DNA of 64,000 bases from Rhizophagus irregularis (lineage: Eukaryota): the NCBI RefSeq assembly GCF_026210795.1, contig NC_089433.1, forward strand, positions 5,456,001 to 5,520,000, given 5' to 3'. Shown here piece by piece: positions 1 to 23,279 of this stretch; position 1 is the first letter of the stretch, and the number at the start of each line of letters is the position of its first letter. The position numbers and the translations under genes are program-made. Under the pieces are notes generated by a model that was not told the origin of the DNA, did not search any database, and saw only the letters and a list, made by a program, of their open reading frames with translations.

Positions 1-2129
1 ACTACATCATAAAATTAATTTATAATGGATACTTTCATACTTCATATTTTATTTTACACTTCATTGTTACTCTGGATATTTTTTAAAAATGCCAAAAGCC
101 AAATCTGTAAAACCTGGTAATAAACAACTTAATGGAATCCCCAGAAAACGTAAATCTCTTATAGCAGCACAAAAGAAAGAAATTTGTTTGAAAAAAATTT
201 CTACTCCCTCCTTAAAACAAAAAGAACTAGCCAACGAATATGAGGTTAGTGAAGGAATGATCAGTGATATTTTAAAGGAAAAAGACCGTTGGCTTGTTGT
301 AGATCTTGATTCACATCAAGCTGGATTACGACGCGAAAAAAGATTCCTTTTCCTATCATTGAAGAGGCTTTAACTCTTTGGGTAGAAAGTGCACTTCAAG
401 CCAGTCTTATCATCAATGATGATATTCTTTCAAGCAAGGCCTGCCTGAGCTTGCTTTTTTGTGTGGAGAAGATAAATTCAAAGGGTCAAATGGTTGGGTT
501 GACAATTTCAAAAAGCGGCACAATCTTAGGCAATACAACATGCATGGAGAAGCAGCAAGTGCACCTGTTCAAGAACTTGATACAATGCGTGAAGAAATTC
601 GTAGAGTTTTAAAGAATTATGCCCTGAAGACATCTTTAATTGTGATGAGACAGGTCTTTTTTGGAAAATGCGACCTAGTCGTACAATTTCTAATGCCCCA
701 ATTTCTGGAACAAAACAGTCAAAAGATCGTGTAACTGTTTTGCTTACTTGCAATGCAACTGGGAGTGAAAAATTATGTCCATTATTCATACACAAATATG
801 AAAACCCTCGAGCCCTCAAAAACATCAATAAGAAAACTCTTCCAGTAGATTATCACTGGAATCCAAAAAGTTGGATGCAAGTTTCGATCTGGGCCAATAT
901 CTTAAAAAACTTGATGCTCGAATGAGAACACAAGGTCGAAATATTCTTCTTTTAGTCGACAATGCTCCAACTCACGCCCTATTTGAAACCACACGCCTTA
1001 CAAATATCACGCTTGAATTTCTTCCTCCAAACACTACTGCACACCTCCAACCATGTGATCAAGGTATTATAAATAGCTTCAAGCGTAAGCTTCAATTAAT
1101 GAACATTCAATTCAGAATGTAGTAATGTTTTATACTTGAAATTTTAAAAATTCGTTGTTTATTTTAGGCACAATATCGAAAGCTATATTTACACAATCGA
1201 GTCAAATCATATGATAATTTTAATGAATATGGCACTGAACCCGTTGAAATTAATATTAAAAAATGCATCAAATATGTTGCACGTGTATGGGATAGTGTTA
1301 CAAAAACTACCATTGAAAACTGTTGGCTAAAAGCGGATATCCTGCCTAAAGATGATGATGGAGACGAAGTTAGAGATGATGATTGTGAGCATGATGATCA
1401 TGTCCATGATGACCATGACTCCAATGACCATGCCGATACTCAAATTTATCTTACACATATTAAGGAATTGGAAGAGATTCAAATGTTGATTGATAAACTT
1501 GATTTTGAAAAACCTTTTACTGCTGAAGAATTTATTCAATGTGATAGGGAAGAAATTACAACGGAAATGATATCCAATGAAGAAATTTTGAAAACCGTTC
1601 TTCCCAATAATAATCGAAGAGGAAGTAGAGGAGATTCCTTTACCTAGTATCTTCTATGTGTATTGAATTTTATGATAAGGTGATTTTATATTTGGAGCAA
1701 CAGGAAGACGGTTTTGATACAAAAAAAGAAGAGTTGAAATTTGTTAAAAAGCTAAAAAAAGAAGCTTTAAAACAACGGTTTATTTCTGCAAAACAGACTA
1801 ATCTTGATAGTTATATTAATATAATTGAGTAAATTTATTCGTGTAATTAAGAGGCTCAATTTTTGTTACATTTTCATAAATAATTCAGTATAATAAAATG
1901 TTGTTAAAAATTTAAAAATCGCGTAATTTATTATTTATAGTTATCTCTTAAAATAAATAATAATAAATTTTTAATGAATATTCGGTATAATATAATGAAA
2001 ATTCGTTATAGTGGCATACCGATTATTCGCTATGATATACCGAATATTTCGTTATAGTGTTACCAAATTTTTGTATTACGAAGGCCTGATCGGCCCGGAC
2101 ACCAAATTCGTTATATCGAGGGCAGACTG
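1..2129 (+). mobile_element. pogo/Tigger-type (Tc1-mariner superfamily) DNA transposon; left end lies outside the window
   Basis: Holds a CENP-B/DDE transposase relic. The right end reads ...AAATTCGTTATATCGAGGGCAGACTG followed by TA (2130-2131); its reverse complement CAGTCTGCCCTCGATATAACGAA is a pogo-style TIR. Subterminal TTCGTTATA-like motifs recur at ~1980-2115. Confidence 0.8.
89..1832 (+). pseudogene. Frameshifted pogo/Tigger transposase (CENP-B HTH + DDE_1)
   Basis: Fragments in several frames: HTH (QKELANEYEVSEGMISDILK), FKGSNGWVDNFKKRH, SKDRVTVLLTCNATGSEKL, ILLLVDNAPTH, FLPPNTTAHLQPCDQGII. Multiple frameshifts; probable intron at ~1085-1168. Confidence 0.9.
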
Positions 2130-3084
2130 TACTACCAAAAATATTATAAATACTAGCTAGTAAATTGGAATAATATTAGCTAATCTCTATATATATATTT
2201 TATAATTTTTTGTTACTAATTATTTTGGTTATATAGTGATTATATATTAATAATATAATACATAAGATAATTTTTATATGTACAAAAGAAATGACATTTT
2301 GAATATGATATTTTAATTATTATACTTTAATTATCACATAATATTATTTATAAATATACTGTATATGTAATATTCTATTATATATTTTATTATAATATCC
2401 TCTAAAATAAAATGACAAAAAAAAATTATAATACATCAATATATAATATTAAAAAAAAATAATATAATAAATGTATTTTTGCCTTCTTTACAAATTTATT
2501 AAGATAACAAAAATGGTTTTAAATGTTATTTTTTGATTTATTTGACAAAAAGCATTTTTTTTATCAAGTAATCTGCAAAAAAATTTCCTTTTTAAAAAAT
2601 TGTAAATTTCAGGATTTGTATAATATCATGTGATATGAATTGATCAATAAGAATGTGCCCATTTCAAGATATTACAGATAAGAGAATGTATATTATAATT
2701 AGGTTGGAAAAAAATCACTATAAAGCTAGAATTATATAAATTATATAGTAAATAAATTTTGATTGGAATGCTATAATTAATTTGGAATTTAAGATTTATC
2801 TTGGCAACATGTTTAGTTGCATATTAACAACTCTGATATCTTAGTGCTGCACTAATCAAACTAAATAATACAATTACTCAAACTTAATTTTGTTAAGCAA
2901 AAGATTTTATCTATTATTCCATACTTCTTTGAGGCAATTTGCCTATTTATTTTTTTAAAAGAAAAAAAAAAATTTTTTAAAAATAAATTAGAAAGCAAAT
3001 AAATACTGCTTTTAATTAGATTACATGCATAATCATGTAAACACTAATTATACTAAAGAATTTGCTTTCAGGAAAATTGACCAG

Positions 3085-5058
<1,974 letters not shown>

Positions 5059-5360
5059 GGCTATTGATTCCAAGAGAGAGTTTTTTCGGGAGAATGAATA
5101 ACTACGAAAATACGGCTATCACGATTTTACCGTTTTTCTATCATTATATCATTACGTATTTATTAGATCATTGTCAAATAAAGATTGAAAAATTGAAGAC
5201 AATTATAGGCATCGATCATCTAGTTGCAGAAATTTCTCATGTCAAGTAACTCTTATTTACGTCATACGAATTTTGGGTAACTATGTACACTGCAACCTAG
5301 ATGTGACATCACTGCCATGCAAATACGAAGATACGAAGAAAAATCAACCGAAGAGTATAA

Positions 5361-8758
<3,398 letters not shown>

Positions 8759-9093
8759 TCGAGTATCTATAAGTAAGTAAATTATTTTTATTTTTTTCTC
8801 TACTAGAAATTGTCATTTTATTTTTCTTATAAAATTCTCGAATTGATGATTTCGTAGTAAGAATTTATTGTGAACGTATTTATAAAAAAGCCGTGTTTAA
8901 GTCTCGTGCTGATTTCTTTTTGATAGATCCTAATTCAATTTGCAATAAATAAAAAAAAATTTTGAAATTTGATATTCCTTTTTGTGTTACCTAATTAGAT
9001 TATCAATTATTATATTGTGATCTTTTTTGTTTTTTTTTGGTTTTTTTACTATTATACCGAATTATTTAAGAAAAACGGTCTGTCCTTAAAAAG

Positions 9094-12168
<3,075 letters not shown>

Positions 12169-14931
12169 TAATTTATATAGGTAATGTAACTGAAGTTACA
12201 AGAAATTCTATATAAATATAAATAAGAATGAATAAATAAGAGTAGCGTATATAATGATTGTTTTGAACAAATAATGCGTTAAGAAAAAGTTGCGGTGATA
12301 AAAAATTATATATAGTCATAACGATTCGGGATAAACCGATTTTGGCCCATAACGAACTTTTCCTTAAACCAAACTCGTCTATAATTAATTTATTACTATA
12401 TACGACTTTATTATAAATTTCGCGATATTACATTAACGAAGTTTGATTATAAACCAAGTATTTGCGATAAACCGATACTATCCCAATTCCGGCCGGAATT
12501 AACCCGGTACTACGTCTCAATTTTAAAAGTTCTATAAACGTATTTTGAACGATAAAACATGACTTTATAATATATATTTGAATTTTTTATATAAATCGGT
12601 ATAAGATTTGATACGATTTAGATCTGAAAAAGTTAATACACTTTTATAGCGAACACATTTAATAATCAAATATAAAATGATATAACTTTATCAGTTACTT
12701 TTTACTTTTTACTTTCAATAGGAAGGTTGCTTCGATATAAAAATGAATATAATGAAAGATAACGGAATAGTGTTTCAAGAGGAAAAATACTAATACAAGT
12801 CAATGAAGTCAGATCAAAAATTTACTATTAGAAGTACGCATTTCCTTTCCTCTAGTCGCAAATCACGTGATTTAACAAATTAAGTGTTAAACCCTTCTTT
12901 TGATTTCTAATAAACGACAATAAACTGATTTTTGTTTGTATAATCTTGAATTTGAAATTTTTTCAATAACTTTATTACTTTTTTTTATATGCATCCATTC
13001 TCACACATACTGTATTTCTGATCAATTTTCAAATTAATGCCTATAAAAACTTAGTAAATATTTCAAATTTAGCAACGTAACTTTGTTATCCTGGAATCAA
13101 AATTAGTTTATAGCCTTAAACAATCTAAATTTAGTATGGGAAATTACAAATCATATAAATGAAAAAGTCTAGCTCGGAAAGCAGCCCAAGAAGCTAGAAA
13201 ACGGCACAAATATCACACAATGTTTCCCATAATAATACCATCAGTCAATTAATTATCCATGGCTTCATTTACCCTTATCTTGGAGATTCTGCACATGCCG
13301 ACAGTATGATCTTAAGAAGTGATTGGAATAAACCATAAACAGATAATACGGATATGAAATTAAGATTTACAAAAAATGACATTAATTAATACTTTTGATC
13401 TGGTCTACAAAAATTTTATTAGATAACAAAGAATTTTGCAAGGCTGATAATCTTATATTATATTAAAAAACATCTCTATTTTATTATTATCCACTAACAA
13501 CAAGTTGAGGAGTTGAGGGACTTTTTAATAATTAGATTTAAAAAAAAACTCATGCAAACATGGCATTACCTTTAAACAAGAAGTAGCTGCGTCAATCCTT
13601 TTTAACTTGTATAATAGGCAATAAAATTACATTAGGAAATATAATGGGATTGACATGTGAAAAATCTTATTTTACATGACATAGCTGATAGTTTTGATTT
13701 ACATAAGTGCACCCTCTATAAGTGCACTCCCACTTCCTCTATGTGCAAGCAATTCTGAATCCCCGGTATATTGTAATGCATTCACGTGACTTTGGTAATA
13801 TTATACGAACTACTAGATACTGTTAACACAAGTCTGATTATTAAAAAGGTGTTCAAATTGCGTCCAGCTGACAATTAAAGACAAAGAAGCTGAAATTGCC
13901 CAACTAAAAGCAACAATAAGCATAAATTTTACTAAAATTTTATGTAGTAAAAAATCCTCTAAAAATTTTTATATTTGTGATGAAGCAATTGATTGAAACT
14001 TTAAAAAATAATAATTTCATTTATACATTTCGTACTATATAGTAAAATTGTCAACCCTACTTTCTTTATTTACTGTATACAATTTATTTGATATTATGTT
14101 ATATTTTCTTTTACTTAAACATGCAAAAAATTGCTATCTAAATTTATATAATTATAGAACTCTTTTATCATTCTTTTACAAAAATAAAGTCATTCTTCAT
14201 AATTTTTTAAATTTTTCTTACAAATGGATCAAATTCTAATGGTTCGTTCAATCGAATTCAACTAAATTGAAATCAGATAAATCAATCGTAACATCAATAT
14301 TAACTCAATAATAACATTTATTGGATCATACCCATTCCGGCCATTCGTACGTTAATAGTACCGTTCACTACCGTACCTTCACACTCTAATCACACTCAAA
14401 GGGTTATTTATGTGATATTATGATTCCTTGGTGTTTCAGTACGATTGGCATCGTACCTATATATGATTCTTCTTATATGGTATATCATATCGTAGTATCG
14501 TACCGTACTATACTATATCAGAATTCAAATATATCCTTTTGTACCTGTAACCACATCTGCATCGTACCTGTACCAATTAAATATGCGTGTTATATGTGCA
14601 AAATGCTTCCTATAAAAAATTTTATCCGGTACGAATGAGCTTTATTCACGGAAAATGTAAATAAGTCGATAAATTCCGTGATATAAGGTTATTAATTAGC
14701 TTTTTACGGAAAAAAGACAAAACGGATCGACAGGGGCTTCGAAAAAGGAAAATTTGTTTGGAAAAATTCTGTTTATTTTGTTTAGCTCAATAAAACTTAC
14801 AATTTTTGAGATTAAAATAAATTTTTTTTTGAAAAAAAAAAAAAATAATAATAATATTTTAAATATAAATACCTCTTAAATTCCTTAAACACGTCAATAA
14901 AAAGATTTCTTCACAAATATTATTATTTCCA

Positions 14932-15804
14932 ATGGAAAAGTGCACAATTATAGGTGATTCTGATATAGTAGGACCAGGAGTAAGATTTTCAGTTTACCTT
15001 CAATGTATAACAATACTTATTAAAATACTAGCGGATGAAGATGAGATTTTAGAATCAGTAAAACTTGGAGCATTAACATCCTTCTCCTTGATATTATCCG
15101 CTCTAATCAGTGACTTAAACTATGTATTATTATTAGAAGTATCTAAATTTGTATCGATATTGACACTAACATCAATAATAATGACATTACAAAGTCCATT
15201 ATTCATAATAAAGAACTTTGAAAATGTTAAAAATTTTAAAAATACGTATTCTACAATTCTGTTATGCTTGATAGCTAATTTAACAGCTTTAATTTATAAC
15301 GTATGGTTATTTACAGTGCTTAAATGGAAGTTGCCCAAAGAAGAGTGCGGAGACCAAGTGAAATTTTATTTTTATGCTGTTCCTGTTAACCCAATTGGCG
15401 GGTTTCGAATCTTCATGTTAATAATGAGCTATATTACATCGATATATTTATCAATATGGTTAATAAGCTTAATTATCGCGGGATTCGTATACAGAAAGGA
15501 AATTAACTTTATTCGAAAAGTTACACCAGATTCAGGGTCAGAAGGGTCAAAAGTATTAACCCGAGAAAATCCAAAGAAAAAAAAAGGTAGAATGTTTTTT
15601 ATATTACCAATGGCAGTTGAAATAGTTTCAACTGAATTATCAGTGCAAAGAAATTCGATATCAGGAATCTGGGACTGGGGGTTTGGTCAAATATTAGCTA
15701 TGGTATTGGCTGTGTTAGATTTGTTAAGAACATTTATTGTAGTTTATAGAATTATTTGCGATATATTTGAGAAGTTGACAACACAAGATCGACTCAAAAC
15801 CTGA
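14932..15804 (+). CDS. Intronless multi-pass membrane protein of unknown function
   Basis: Intact 290-aa ORF with about 7 hydrophobic segments, N-terminal DIVGPGVR and C-terminal WGFGQILA motifs typical of an uncharacterised fungal membrane family; TATAAA at ~14864. Confidence 0.75.
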   Translation: MEKCTIIGDSDIVGPGVRFSVYLQCITILIKILADEDEILESVKLGALTSFSLILSALISDLNYVLLLEVSKFVSILTLTSIIMTLQSPLFIIKNFENVKNFKNTYSTILLCLIANLTALIYNVWLFTVLKWKLPKEECGDQVKFYFYAVPVNPIGGFRIFMLIMSYITSIYLSIWLISLIIAGFVYRKEINFIRKVTPDSGSEGSKVLTRENPKKKKGRMFFILPMAVEIVSTELSVQRNSISGIWDWGFGQILAMVLAVLDLLRTFIVVYRIICDIFEKLTTQDRLKT

Positions 15805-16013
15805 AGAAAATGAAATCAGAAGATCTCATAATTGGTCGAATTTGTAACATAACACGTAAATTTTTTATAGTCCAATTTATAATTATTTTTTTTTATTATA
15901 GTTATAAAGATGTTTTATTAAAATCATCTATCATTAAAAAAAACTTGTGTTGTCTTAAAAAACTGTTATCGGTGAATTTTTGCATGCATAATGTCGGGCC
16001 CTTAAAAACTTTA

Positions 16014-16680
16014 TCATCTAGCATATTCCGTAATGTTACAGTGGCAGATATTTATCTTCTCATTATTGTCTTGCACCGGTGAAGAATGACGCGAATGCGA
16101 CGTTGGAAGCTTGTTCATTTTCTGGGAAGAGGTAAAGTAATTAAGTTTGTAAATCTTTCTGAGATCAATAGTTCCATGCTGTGAAACAGTAACAAAGTAA
16201 TTTCCATTATCCAACAAACTTCTATAATGTAAAAAATTGTTTAGTTTTTTGTAAATAAATAAAATTTTAATATAAGTTAAAGTATTGCCTGGCTTGGCTT
16301 CTATATCGTTTATCAGGTTGCCTTCTAATACGTCCCATTCTTCAATAGTATTATCGAACGAAATTGATATGAAAATTATATGCAAAAAAGATTTGAAATA
16401 ATATAAAATTAAATGATAGAAAAGACAAAATCAAGTAACCATAATAATATCTGTATAAACGGTAAAAGCTAATATATGACCCTCGAGAGTACGATAATGT
16501 TCCCCAGATTGCGCTCCCCTAATTCAAGTATTCCTTAGAGTCATACAGTATATATATACATACAATTTTTGCAACAATAAAAAAGTTGCGAACCAGATTT
16601 TAATCTCATTATCTAAACCTCCAGAAGCGACTGGTGGCTAACGAACCGACCATACTTGTGATTTATGTGCTTACATAGTA
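16014..16680 (-). pseudogene. Degenerate WD40-repeat gene fragment
   Basis: Minus-strand pieces HKSQVWSV*..VASGGLDNEIKIW, HYRTLEGH, ISISFDNTIEEWD and VTVSQHGTI, broken by stops and frameshifts. Confidence 0.6.
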
Positions 16681-17907
16681 TAAATTAAAAGAAAATACTT
16701 GTGGGTAGCATAAATATTGGTTTTTCATCAAAGGATACAAATTGTAAACTCTATAATAATGAAATAAAAGATTTTTAGATAAGGGGAAAAATATAGATAG
16801 AAATAGAAAATAATGTTTGTAAAAGCAAAGAATGAAAACTATTCAATATTACTGAGTTGTCCACGAAAAAGAAAAATGAACTAAAAAAAAAAATATATTT
16901 TATTTACTATTTTAACGCTTTATTATTAAAACTAAGTAACAGGCGTTAATATATACATATTTTTATATTCTGCGTTATAATCACATGATCATTAAAAAGA
17001 AAATTATCGCAATACATTTTTATTTTAATTAAAATTATCGATTTGTTTTGAATACTGTATTAAAAAAAACTAATTGTTGCACATTACAATAACTGCACTC
17101 AACACGTGTACGGACAGACATCACATGCATGATAACGCTTCGGGGTTCGGGAAATAAACGTTTTCATCCCACGCATGAAGAAATTATTTTTTAGGGAGTC
17201 ATATAAATTTATCAATAATTCTCACAATGTGATCTTGAACCTCTTTAATCTATTTAAGAGCTTCGTAACGCTCTGTCTTTAAAATATTTTACATTTCTAA
17301 CTATTCATTTTGCCAACATACATTTTCTTCATTTGCCATTAATACGTCGTGAACTTTACGGGCATAAATCAGAAGCTTAGGTGTGCTAAAAACGACCCAG
17401 GACAGTCAATAACTAGGTGTGATGAATCAGAGGCTAGGCGCTCAAAGTATTATGAATCAGAGGATAAGCGTGACGAAAACAGTTCAGAAAGCTGTAACCA
17501 ATTTTATGTTTATTACAAAAAAAAGGAAATTTTTATTTTTTTTTTAGAGGAACTTCGTTCAATAGCGAGAACAAAAAATTCACTTCTTCGTGGAAAAGAC
17601 TAAAAGGTCAAATTATTATATAAAGATGCTGGAACATTGCCAATGCATTATCCCATGAAACTTGAGGATCTCTTAATAAAGCCACTAGAAGAGGATAAAA
17701 TCACTCCTAATCTTCATCTTTCACTTCATTTGAATGAATGTACGTATGATTTGACCCTTATACGCGCGTATGAACGGAATATTAGACAAATTATTGTTTA
17801 TATATTTAACAAATTAAGATCATAATTTTAAATGGTTAATCGAAATTTTTCTATATGTATTCTATTCTAAAAGTTAAATCATTACAAGGATTATTTTTAT
17901 ATGTACA

Positions 17908-18287
17908 CAGTGAAATTCGATAAACCGGATCTATCGGTTCCACTAAAAATATATTTCGATGTATTGAAAATCTATTATACTGATTTTTCATGCTAATTAA
18001 ACTAATACACACTATATTTTAATTTTTTCATCATAGTTTTAAGTCATAGAGATCATGAAAATAAATATAAAAATATTTTTAATTGAATATATAAGTAATT
18101 CATAACTTCAACCGGAATTAATATTTTTATAATTCTGGCCAAAATTAAGATTTACCGCATCAATTTTATTGGTTCATGATCACGTGATACGGTTTATCGA
18201 ATCATTTTTACTATAGCTGGTTAGAACATTCGTTATAGCGAATATCAAGCTTTTACTAGTAAATTCCCGGTTTATCGAATTTCATTG
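17908..18287. mobile_element. 380-bp MITE, Tc1/pogo-like
   Basis: 21-bp TIRs CAGTGAAATTCGATAAACCGG (17908-17928) and CCGGTTTATCGAATTTCATTG (18267-18287) with 1 mismatch; no ORF; TA target duplication eroded. Confidence 0.8.
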
Positions 18288-21171
18288 TTGTATTATGTAA
18301 TCAATTGTAAATGATCAGCAATTATATTTGATGTGTTATTTTAATGTATAATAATAAAGTCACCTTGTACCACAATAAAAATTTCCGAGAAGGTTTTCGC
18401 TATATTGATCCTCAAATAACTTTTCTTGATCCCATTACAGTTTAAACTTCGTGTAATGGTAATGGTAAGGGTAAATTTTCATCAAAATAGTGGTCCTTGT
18501 ACTGTATGTGGTCGGTAAATTCCTGAAGAAATATATACCAGAACGATAAAAAGTTCTGCTGCACAACAAATTACTTTTGAACTTAAATTTAATGATCAAT
18601 CGTGTCAGTTTCATTATAATAATTTTGATATTTATAATCGAGGAATAACTAACACGAAACAAAAGAAAAATTCAGATCTATCATATTATCCAAAAAAAAA
18701 ATAGAAAAGGAAACATATGATGAACTTATACAACAAATAGAAGATTTCAATTAAATCAGATGGAAAGAGCAAAAGAACCTGGTAATTTTTACTTTTTCTT
18801 AAATTTAAATTAATTTTATTCTTAAATAAGGATTGAATGAATTCTCTGAGTTTTTTTTTTTCAGATAAAATACAAATATTTTATATAGATATTTTCGTGA
18901 AAAAAATTTACCTGTTCTGAATTTGAAGAATACATTCTGGGCGTGAAATTTTGGGTAGTAACCAGCAACCATTTGTAAACAAATTTTAATATTCGATATA
19001 AATTAAACTTGAAAAAAAATTTATTATTAGAATTTTTTACGGCACATTGCGAATTTTTTAAAAATATAAATTCTTTAAATCTTATTCTATCAATAAATCA
19101 AAAATTTAAAATAATTTAAAATACAATGTATTGTAATAATATTATCTCCATATGAATAAGCAAATTACAGTAAATTGCCATTATTTAAGCTTTTTTTTCG
19201 CGACATCTGTAAAAAATTATATATTTCAATCAGTCATTAAAATTTCTCAAAATATTTCCAATTTCGTTCTAATCCTTTAAATAAATTCTCGGGAACAAAA
19301 AGCAATCTTTTCCAGCAAATATAAATGAGTCTTTATTATTTCTATTATTTATATAGAAAATTTGTATGTTTATAATAATATTCTGTAATTCATGCAGACA
19401 AATATCGTACAATTCTTCGTACGTGGACTCCGAAAATCTTTATTTTTCCTTTGCTTTCAGATTTCATGAATAATTGAAATTGTCAAATACTTCATTAATG
19501 AATATTCTTTTATTATAGGAAGGAAACAGACGTTTGTAAAAAGTGAGAATATGAAATTAAAGGGAGGATGCATATAAAAGGAATAATAAAAAGATTGTGA
19601 TGAGAAGAATGATCCTAAAATGAAATTTATAATAATAATATATATTTATTAGATTTGGTCTTTTGTTTTAGGCTGAGGCGCAACTTTGTCAACTACGTAA
19701 AGATCGCGACAAAACAAATGGTTTTATTGATATCTGAGACCGCTAAAGATCGTTTAATGTTATTCCTTTTCTTCTTATATAATAATATGAAAACCCGACA
19801 AAAAAAATATTACTATTAGAAAATTCGCAGTAAATATGAATATATTTTAAAGTATATAAAAAAAGTCACACAATGATATGCACAACTTAAAGATAAATAA
19901 TGAATTAACTTTTTAGAGAAGCTATAATAATTTGATATTTACGCCAAGTGTGTGTACAAAATTACAAATGCAGGAATAATTAACTACCTAAAATAGTATA
20001 GGTAGGTAATATATTCGTGAATTGCCGAGTGGACCGTCTCGAATTCAAATTATTCTGTAAATTTTCAATCCGTATAATTTATTCAAACTTTTACATACGT
20101 TAAATAAATTCAGTCATTTATTACAATTATTAAAAATATTTAGAATTTAAAATTATGAGATCTTTTAGATCATTAAATGATTCGTTGATATGTTCTATTG
20201 TAACTTATTTTGCCAATAAATTAATAGATACTGCAATAAACTTTACCGTTTATTGATACTTCACCAGAATTTAAAAAAGCAGAGAAAATATTTTATAATT
20301 TTTTTCCATACATAAATGTTGGTAATCATACAACGAAAAAATGTAGAAGTAAAAGTGCTTATCAAAAAAAATAAGGAAGAAGTGCATTAAGGTAAACTCA
20401 AAATGAAGATGCTTCTTTTGTTATGTCTAAATAAATCACCGATGACCTTAGCATGACTACAAACGAAATATTTCATCAGTAATTCGTATTACTCGATGAA
20501 TGTGACACGTATTTTTTATTTTACAAAGGGCAACTTTTATTCGAAGAATTATTATAAATATCTACTTAGCAAGGGCGTGCAAGCATTTCACGAATATTCT
20601 AAACACATATATTTTTGTAACGTTAATCAGAGTTATCCTCTCGAAAAAAATGCAATCGAAATAAAGGTCTCAACAAATAAATTGAGAGTAGAGTCTTTTA
20701 CAAAAGCACGTACCACTGTATTTTTCCTAATGAAAACCCTCCTAAGTATATATGGAAATTTGACCTCAGCTAATTGATCATGATATTTTGTCACGGGTTT
20801 CACATCCTCTGAACTAGCTTTACCAAAGGAAAGCAATTTAACTAGAGTATGTCAATGCATTGTCAGAGACGTGATCAAGAATATTATTTAAGGAAGTGAC
20901 TACTTCGTATGGAGAAGGGATTGGATTCGTATAACTTTAGTATGCATTAAATTTTTCTGAAGTGAAAGTATAACAGATAATCTTTTTTATTAAAATTAGT
21001 GTTAGCTAAAAAATTTACTTTGAGAAAAATTTTCTACTAATGATGATGATTAAGTTGTCTCGCAAAAAAATAAATAACATTGCATTCTTACACTAATATG
21101 TAATACAAATTAAATGCAATAGACTTTTTTTATTAATGCTTTTTCAGCCAACCAAGTTCACACCTATAAAA

Positions 21172-21915
21172 TTATATGTGTCGTCGTATTATGTCTTGAA
21201 CTTCCCAGAGATCCAAATTAAATCCGGCAGCAAACCCTGCAGGAGGTGTATTTGGTACAATAGGAAACCCTGCGGGAAGTAAATGTGAACTCCATCAAAT
21301 ATTTCTGGCCTAGGAATATTCATTTGGTAATCTGGAAGATTTGCCGCATTGCAAGGAGGAAATTTATTATTATTATTAGGATCAGAATGTCCAACACCAA
21401 TAAAAGCTACCAGAAGGAACACCCATTTGATTAATAATATATTTTACAATATTTGTATCAGGATTTGCTGTCCCAAAAGAAATGAAAAAATGACACTAGT
21501 TAGAATCAGTGGGGTTGTGCTTGTACGAAGGTACAATGCAGAAATTAGTGCAATAGTACTAGTGTTTGTATTAGTGTTTATACGTTTTCCAAATATCTTG
21601 ATGGTTAACACAATCTGGATTGTGGTTCGTCGATTAAAGTAGAGAGCGGCTATTTGATGAGGATCAGGCGGGAGACTCTGAGAAAAACCAACTTCAATCA
21701 TCATTGTTGGATATGCTTTATCCTTTCCATCTACGCCCTGACCTGATCCAGCTGGTGGATCGGGACGATGTCTTGGTCGAACCCAAAAATCAGATTCCTT
21801 TGCAATGTTTTGACCCAGAATTGCGGTTGCATCAGTACCATAATCCAAATCCTGATCATTCCATCTACCCATCAATACTGTGATACGTCCTATTACTGTT
21901 GAACGAACAAAGGAA
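21172..21915 (-). pseudogene. Uma2/PD-(D/E)xK restriction-endonuclease-fold protein (Crinkler-C-terminal-like), frameshifted and 5'-truncated
   Basis: AKESDFWVRP...AYPTMMIEVGFSQSL, QIVLTIKIF, FPPCNAANLPDYQMNIPRPEIFDG, LDLWEVQ spread over three frames. Confidence 0.7.
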
Positions 21916-23279
21916 GGTACTTTCTTCCACTTCTTCCCCTTCTTCTCGGGCTTTTTTAAATGTGAGCAATTTTTCTCTTGCTGAATTAATAGCCACGGAG
22001 GATAAGTGCTCTTGTGTAGGCTGGAGAGGAAGTTGATTAGAGTCACTAAGCTGAGAAGTAAGTTGACTAGACTGTCGAGACTGGGAACACGTGATACGAT
22101 AAGGAAAATAACGAACTCCTGAGTCTGAAATTACAGCACTAGTTAATAGACTTTATAATGATAAAACTGGTAAATTTCTATAATCTTACCATCTGCTGTA
22201 TCGTTGCGAGAACTTGAGGTCATAATTTATATATTTTAAGAGCGATTGTTGAGATATTTCTTTAAAATAGAAATATTTATGATATTTATAAGAACGATTG
22301 TCGCACAGATTTGGTAATAATCACAATATCAAACATAATCAATTGTTTAGCAAATATATCGTTTTGATTAAGAAGATAATTATAGAAGTTAGTTGTATAA
22401 TATACTTTATTTTTGATTATTAAAAAAAAAAAAATTGTATCGTTTTTGATTATTCATTGGTCCAAATTAATATTTATTAATTTGCGTAATATCTTAGAAA
22501 AATTTTATCGCATCTTTAATATTTATAAACTAAATTTGATTTTCCTGCGACCATTAAATCATAAGATATCAGAAAAAAGGTGCTTAATAATGGTCAAATA
22601 CGATATTTTGTACTTTATGCTATAACTTTAAGATAATATATACTGTAATAACAATAGCTCGGGATAGCTATGGGAAATCATCTGCAGCTACTTACGGGAG
22701 CTCTAGCGTACCTACAACCTTTAATTTTCGCTCTAAAGTATCTCAAGCGTTTGGGATGTGATAATAAATAACTAAAGTCTAGTAATTAAATTAAAGTAAT
22801 TAAATTGTAAATTATCAAATTAGAAATAATAAATATGGCTTGATATTTACATAAAAGAGCTCGTATATTATCCTATTGTTTTTGATTCACCAATTTATTA
22901 CTTGGATTAATATAGAAAATGTCTAAGCTCTAAAGTTAATCACAATCAACATTATAGCATTAAGGCATTAAGAATTAATTTCACAATGGCAATAGGACGT
23001 ATGACGTATGATATGTCGAAATTTTATGTATAATTAAATTAAAAAAATTAAAAATGGCATTGTGGTATGAAAATAGCTATGGAACAATCTATTTATTACT
23101 CAAATTAAATAAGAGTTATTGCGTCAGTCACACAAGATCATGTTTTAAGAGTATATATTCAAATACGTTTTATTATTAATAAGAAATAATGTGTCACATG
23201 TTTTGGCAATTTGAAAAAAATATCAAAAAAAAAAGAATAAATGAAATATTTTTAACATTTCTTTAAATACAAGCTGTCA

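Noticed and set aside
13700..13930. ATAAGTGCAC direct repeat and short coding-like remnant
   Set aside because: May be a transposon end, but no matching opposite terminus was found.
17349..17825. Possible gene from two short ORFs
   Set aside because: In-frame stop and no identifiable family; at most a decayed fragment.
20496..20930. Coding-like stretch
   Set aside because: Several stops and no recognisable domain.
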